The notes below the pieces were generated by a model. It worked only from the letters and a program-made list of their open reading frames with translations. It was not told the origin of the DNA and searched no databases. DNA of 64,000 nt, taken from positions 224,001 to 288,000 of the forward strand of contig CAVOUE010000005.1 of assembly GCA_963699545.1 (NCBI GenBank), given 5' to 3'. Origin of the DNA: Nitrospirota bacterium. GTDB taxonomy: Bacteria > Nitrospirota > Thermodesulfovibrionia > Thermodesulfovibrionales > UBA9159. Shown here piece by piece: positions 60,934-64,000 of the stretch (within the stretch, counting starts at the first letter, position 1; each line of letters starts with the position of its first letter). Made by a program: the position numbers and the translations under genes.

Positions 60934-62009
60934 TGCATTCTCCCTTCCGGCATGCCGGTTCCCTTCTCCGGAAGAACAGGATGATCCATCTCACCTTTTT
61001 TGTGACCGGGCGGTGTAATCTCAGGTGCCCCTTCTGTTTCTCCCTCAGCGGACACGGGAAACCTGCGGCTGAGAATGAACTGACACTCGCCGAAATAGAG
61101 AGGATATCCGGCTCCATGGGCGATCTGCTCTGGCTCGCCTTCTCGGGCGGCGAGGTCTTTCTCAGAGAAGACATCGTCCAGATCAGCAGTATCTTCTACA
61201 AAAACAACAGACCTGCCATTATGCTTTTTCCGACAAACGGGATGCTTCCCGAACTGATCCGTGACAGGATGGAGGAGATCCTTCGCTGCTGCAACAAGAG
61301 CGTCATAGCGGTGAAGCTTTCCATGGAGGGTCTCCACGAGGCCCACGACAGACTTCGCGGCAAAGAGGGCAGCTTTGAGAAGACCATGGCCACCTATCAC
61401 CTCCTCGGAGACCTCGTTTCGAGATATCCGCACTTCGAGCTGGGGGTCAATACGGTCTTCTATTCTGAAAATCAGGACATGATGCATGAGATCATCGATT
61501 TTGTGAAGGGAATGGAAAATGTGACGACTCACACGATATCCATGGTTCGCGGAGATAGGGTGGAGGAACGTTTTAAGAAAGTCGATTATCAGAAATACCT
61601 TGCCGCCATAGAAAGACTCGAGGAGGGTCTGAAGGACCGGACTTCGCGCACCTACCGTTTCAGGGGAGCGCGTATCAAGGCTGCGCAGGACATACTGCAG
61701 CGCCGGCTTATACACCGTACTACCGTGGAGAAAAAACGCCTCATCCCCTGCTATGCGGGAAGGCTGAACCTGGTGCTGACGGAGACCGGCAATGTGTATC
61801 CGTGCGAGATCCTGACAGAAGCATTCGGCAACATAAGGGACTATGATTGCGACCTGGGGAAGCTCATCCGGTCGGAAAAGGCCAGGGAAGTCATTCGGTC
61901 CATTGTGGAGGACAGATGTTATTGCACTCATGAATGCTATTTCATGACGAACATCCTTTTTAATCCAAGGCTCTATCCTCTCCTTGCAAAAGAATACGTG
62001 CAACTTTGA
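60930..62009 (+). CDS. radical SAM protein with SPASM/twitch domain
   Basis: CNLRCPFC, SGGE, TNG and CYAG...GNVYPCE...CYCTHEC. Confidence 0.9.
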   Translation: MMHSPFRHAGSLLRKNRMIHLTFFVTGRCNLRCPFCFSLSGHGKPAAENELTLAEIERISGSMGDLLWLAFSGGEVFLREDIVQISSIFYKNNRPAIMLFPTNGMLPELIRDRMEEILRCCNKSVIAVKLSMEGLHEAHDRLRGKEGSFEKTMATYHLLGDLVSRYPHFELGVNTVFYSENQDMMHEIIDFVKGMENVTTHTISMVRGDRVEERFKKVDYQKYLAAIERLEEGLKDRTSRTYRFRGARIKAAQDILQRRLIHRTTVEKKRLIPCYAGRLNLVLTETGNVYPCEILTEAFGNIRDYDCDLGKLIRSEKAREVIRSIVEDRCYCTHECYFMTNILFNPRLYPLLAKEYVQL

Positions 62010-62077
62010 GCGGCTTCGGTCAATGGGCGGTCGTCTCGACTTTCCGGAAGGCGATCCGCTTGAAATAAATTAGGGAT

Positions 62078-62680
62078 TCAAAATCTGTACCCGAGGACTC
62101 CCGCAACTATGAAGCCGTTCAGATTCGTCTTCGCGTCGAAAAGGTTTGCCTTCGTGGTGACGATATACTTGCCTTCGGCTCCGATAAACACGCTTTGTGA
62201 AATATCCACGGAAAGGCCGACCAGGACATGGCCTCCCAAGACCGCGCCGCTGTCCTCCGTCGTTGCGTTCAGTGACGGACCGCTCACTTTCGTTTCCATT
62301 GTTGCGAAATAAACCCCCGCGCCTCCTCCCACAGTGACTTCGCCCCCCTTGAAAGGAAGCACCCCTTTGACGCTTGCCGTGACAGGGACGACCCAAATGT
62401 GGCTATCCGCACTCGAAGCGGTACCACTCGTCGATGCACTGCTCCTGAAGTACCCGACCCCGCCTTCAACAGCCAGGTTTGGATTAAGGTATCTGCCGAC
62501 CGCCATTTCTCCGTTGAAGGCCGTGCCGAACCCTCTGTCATTGAGGTCCCCACCAGGGAAATATGCACCCGGCTTCACCAAGAAATACGATCCCTTCCAC
62601 TCCGCGGCAAAGCCGGGAAGAGGCGCCATTACCATAACGACAAGAACCAAACATGCGGCTGCGATGACTGAACACTTCAT
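62078..62680 (-). CDS. outer membrane beta-barrel protein (OmpW/OmpA-barrel-like)
   Basis: Signal peptide, amphipathic strands and C-terminal GYRF. Confidence 0.85.
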   Translation of the reverse strand: MKCSVIAAACLVLVVMVMAPLPGFAAEWKGSYFLVKPGAYFPGGDLNDRGFGTAFNGEMAVGRYLNPNLAVEGGVGYFRSSASTSGTASSADSHIWVVPVTASVKGVLPFKGGEVTVGGGAGVYFATMETKVSGPSLNATTEDSGAVLGGHVLVGLSVDISQSVFIGAEGKYIVTTKANLFDAKTNLNGFIVAGVLGYRF

Positions 62681-62991
62681 GTTCTTCCTCCTTTTGTCTG
62701 TTTAATCACAGCGTCACTGTGCGCCGTGAGTGTCAGAAGGGTTATGACAAAGACCGCGCGTTTCATGAACTCATTCCTGTTCTTCCATAGAAACGGCCGT
62801 ACCCAAGAATATCCTGCGACCCGCAGCATATTCTTGGGTTTCTCTATTGCGTGCTGGATTATAGCTTCCCGATATGCGTATGTCAATGTCATATCAGCTG
62901 AGGAGATATCTGCTGCTGAAAGCCGCCGCCGCGTGTTATGAGCGGGGGCTTTCCTGCAGCGCTTCACACCACGTTCTCCGTGTGATATCCT

Positions 62992-63540
62992 ATGAGCATG
63001 AGCAGACGTAGATGGTCGCAAAGCTGCATGTTCGTCGCGGTACTGTTCCTCTCCCTGGCCGTCATTTCCTGTGCCCCGGCTCCCTTGTTAAAGACCTCTT
63101 TGGTGCAGCCGGGGGAGATAACCGGGACGTATACCCTTATTCTCTATGGAGCGAGATACAGCGGCGATATAGAGAACGTTGCCATACTCGCAAAAGAGGG
63201 GACGGGGTACACCTTCGATGTCTATGCTCCTGCATTCGACTACAAAGTGAAGAAAGCTCTCCCTGCGGATGAGGCCCTTGAAACGGCTCAACGCTTTGTC
63301 GGTTTTCATTATGCGTTCAGGCGCTCGCAACTGAGCGGGATCATGGACGATAGAGGAGTGGTTATCGGGTATGAAGTGCGGCCTCTCTATTCCCCGCTGG
63401 ACTTCGGTTATTCCGATGTCCTCGATATCACCTACCTCCGTCAGGACAGCAAGGTGGTAGTAAGGATCCGGCTCATACCGGAGCTGGACAGACCACCCTT
63501 CAGGGAGAATAACCCTTTCCTCTTCAGATTTATAAGATAG
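62992..63540 (+). CDS. hypothetical lipoprotein
   Basis: Basic N-terminus, hydrophobic core and VISC lipobox-like site. Confidence 0.7.
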   Translation: MSMSRRRWSQSCMFVAVLFLSLAVISCAPAPLLKTSLVQPGEITGTYTLILYGARYSGDIENVAILAKEGTGYTFDVYAPAFDYKVKKALPADEALETAQRFVGFHYAFRRSQLSGIMDDRGVVIGYEVRPLYSPLDFGYSDVLDITYLRQDSKVVVRIRLIPELDRPPFRENNPFLFRFIR

Positions 63541-63605
63541 AGAAGGAGCAAGCGCTCCGTTCCTCTCCCTCTCAAAGACAAACCGTTTCCTGTTACAATA
63601 GTGTC

Positions 63606-64000
63606 ATGCCGCTGAGGATCGATCTGCACGTGCATTCAAAATACAGCGGAGATAATGTCTCCGAGCCCGAGGAGACGGTCCTTAAGGCCATCGAGCTGAA
63701 CCTGGACGGCATCGCCTTTACGGAGCACTACTCATACGAAGCTTCAGAGCCTGTCGAGAGGCTGAAGGAAAAATATCGGGACGCGATCAGGATATTCAGA
63801 GGAGTCGAATTCTCCTCTGCAGAGGGGCACTGTCTCATCTTCGGCGTAAACACCGACCTCCTGCGCATCAAATACGCGCCTGTGGAAGAAGTGGTGCGGA
63901 TCGTCAACGATGCAGGCGGGGTACTCATCCCTTCACATCCGTACAGGATAGGGAACAGCCTCGGAGATATCGTGCGGCGGGTTAAGGGAATATGCGCACT
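63606..64000 (+). CDS. PHP domain protein, partial (runs off the window end)
   Basis: MPLRIDLHVHSKYS, AFTEH, RGVE..GH and SHPYR motifs. Confidence 0.88.
   Translation, partial: MPLRIDLHVHSKYSGDNVSEPEETVLKAIELNLDGIAFTEHYSYEASEPVERLKEKYRDAIRIFRGVEFSSAEGHCLIFGVNTDLLRIKYAPVEEVVRIVNDAGGVLIPSHPYRIGNSLGDIVRRVKGICA

Noticed and set aside
62908-62943. Hairpin GAAAGCCGCCGC...GCGGGGGCTTTC as an ncRNA or riboswitch
   Set aside because: It is an isolated imperfect stem between divergent genes with no recognisable aptamer or clear U-tract.
1-64000. tRNA, rRNA, integrase, transposase or prophage genes
   Set aside because: None was recognised by eye. tRNAscan-SE or Infernal would be needed to exclude small RNAs formally.

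Overview
Mostly core chromosome of a moderately GC-rich anaerobic bacterium. Gene content and order suggest Nitrospirota (Thermodesulfovibrionia-like) or Desulfobacterota; this is an inference. Housekeeping genes include rlmD, glgA/galT, nadC, valS, pyrD/pyrK, greA, proS, rne, lysS, lolC/E, pncB, dinB, rarA, rnhA, pepF, coaD, rsmD, purN, a SurA-like PPIase, hypABFDE and ribD. Nine frameshifts, each repairable by removing one base from a short run and two of them in essential tRNA ligases, point to long-read sequencing error rather than pseudogenes. Items of most interest: (1) a periplasmic penta-heme cytochrome with an in-frame UGA and SECIS-like hairpin (ExtKL-like selenoprotein), clustered with an ABC transporter, a His-rich beta-propeller/heme c protein, a copper chaperone and a DsrF-like protein; (2) a second hidden selenoprotein candidate (FmdB-like zinc ribbon); (3) a three-gene exosortase module with a variant VPAT-type C-terminal sorting signal; (4) an AT-rich island where REP-like inverted repeats bracket a SIR2-like gene and a 41-aa membrane peptide; (5) a toxin/immunity-like gene pair with attC-like borders; (6) a GEMM-I-like riboswitch variant; (7) short repeats inserted in-frame into valS, hypE and hypF; (8) many apparently leaderless genes. 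No rRNA, tRNA, CRISPR array, integrase or transposase was recognised.
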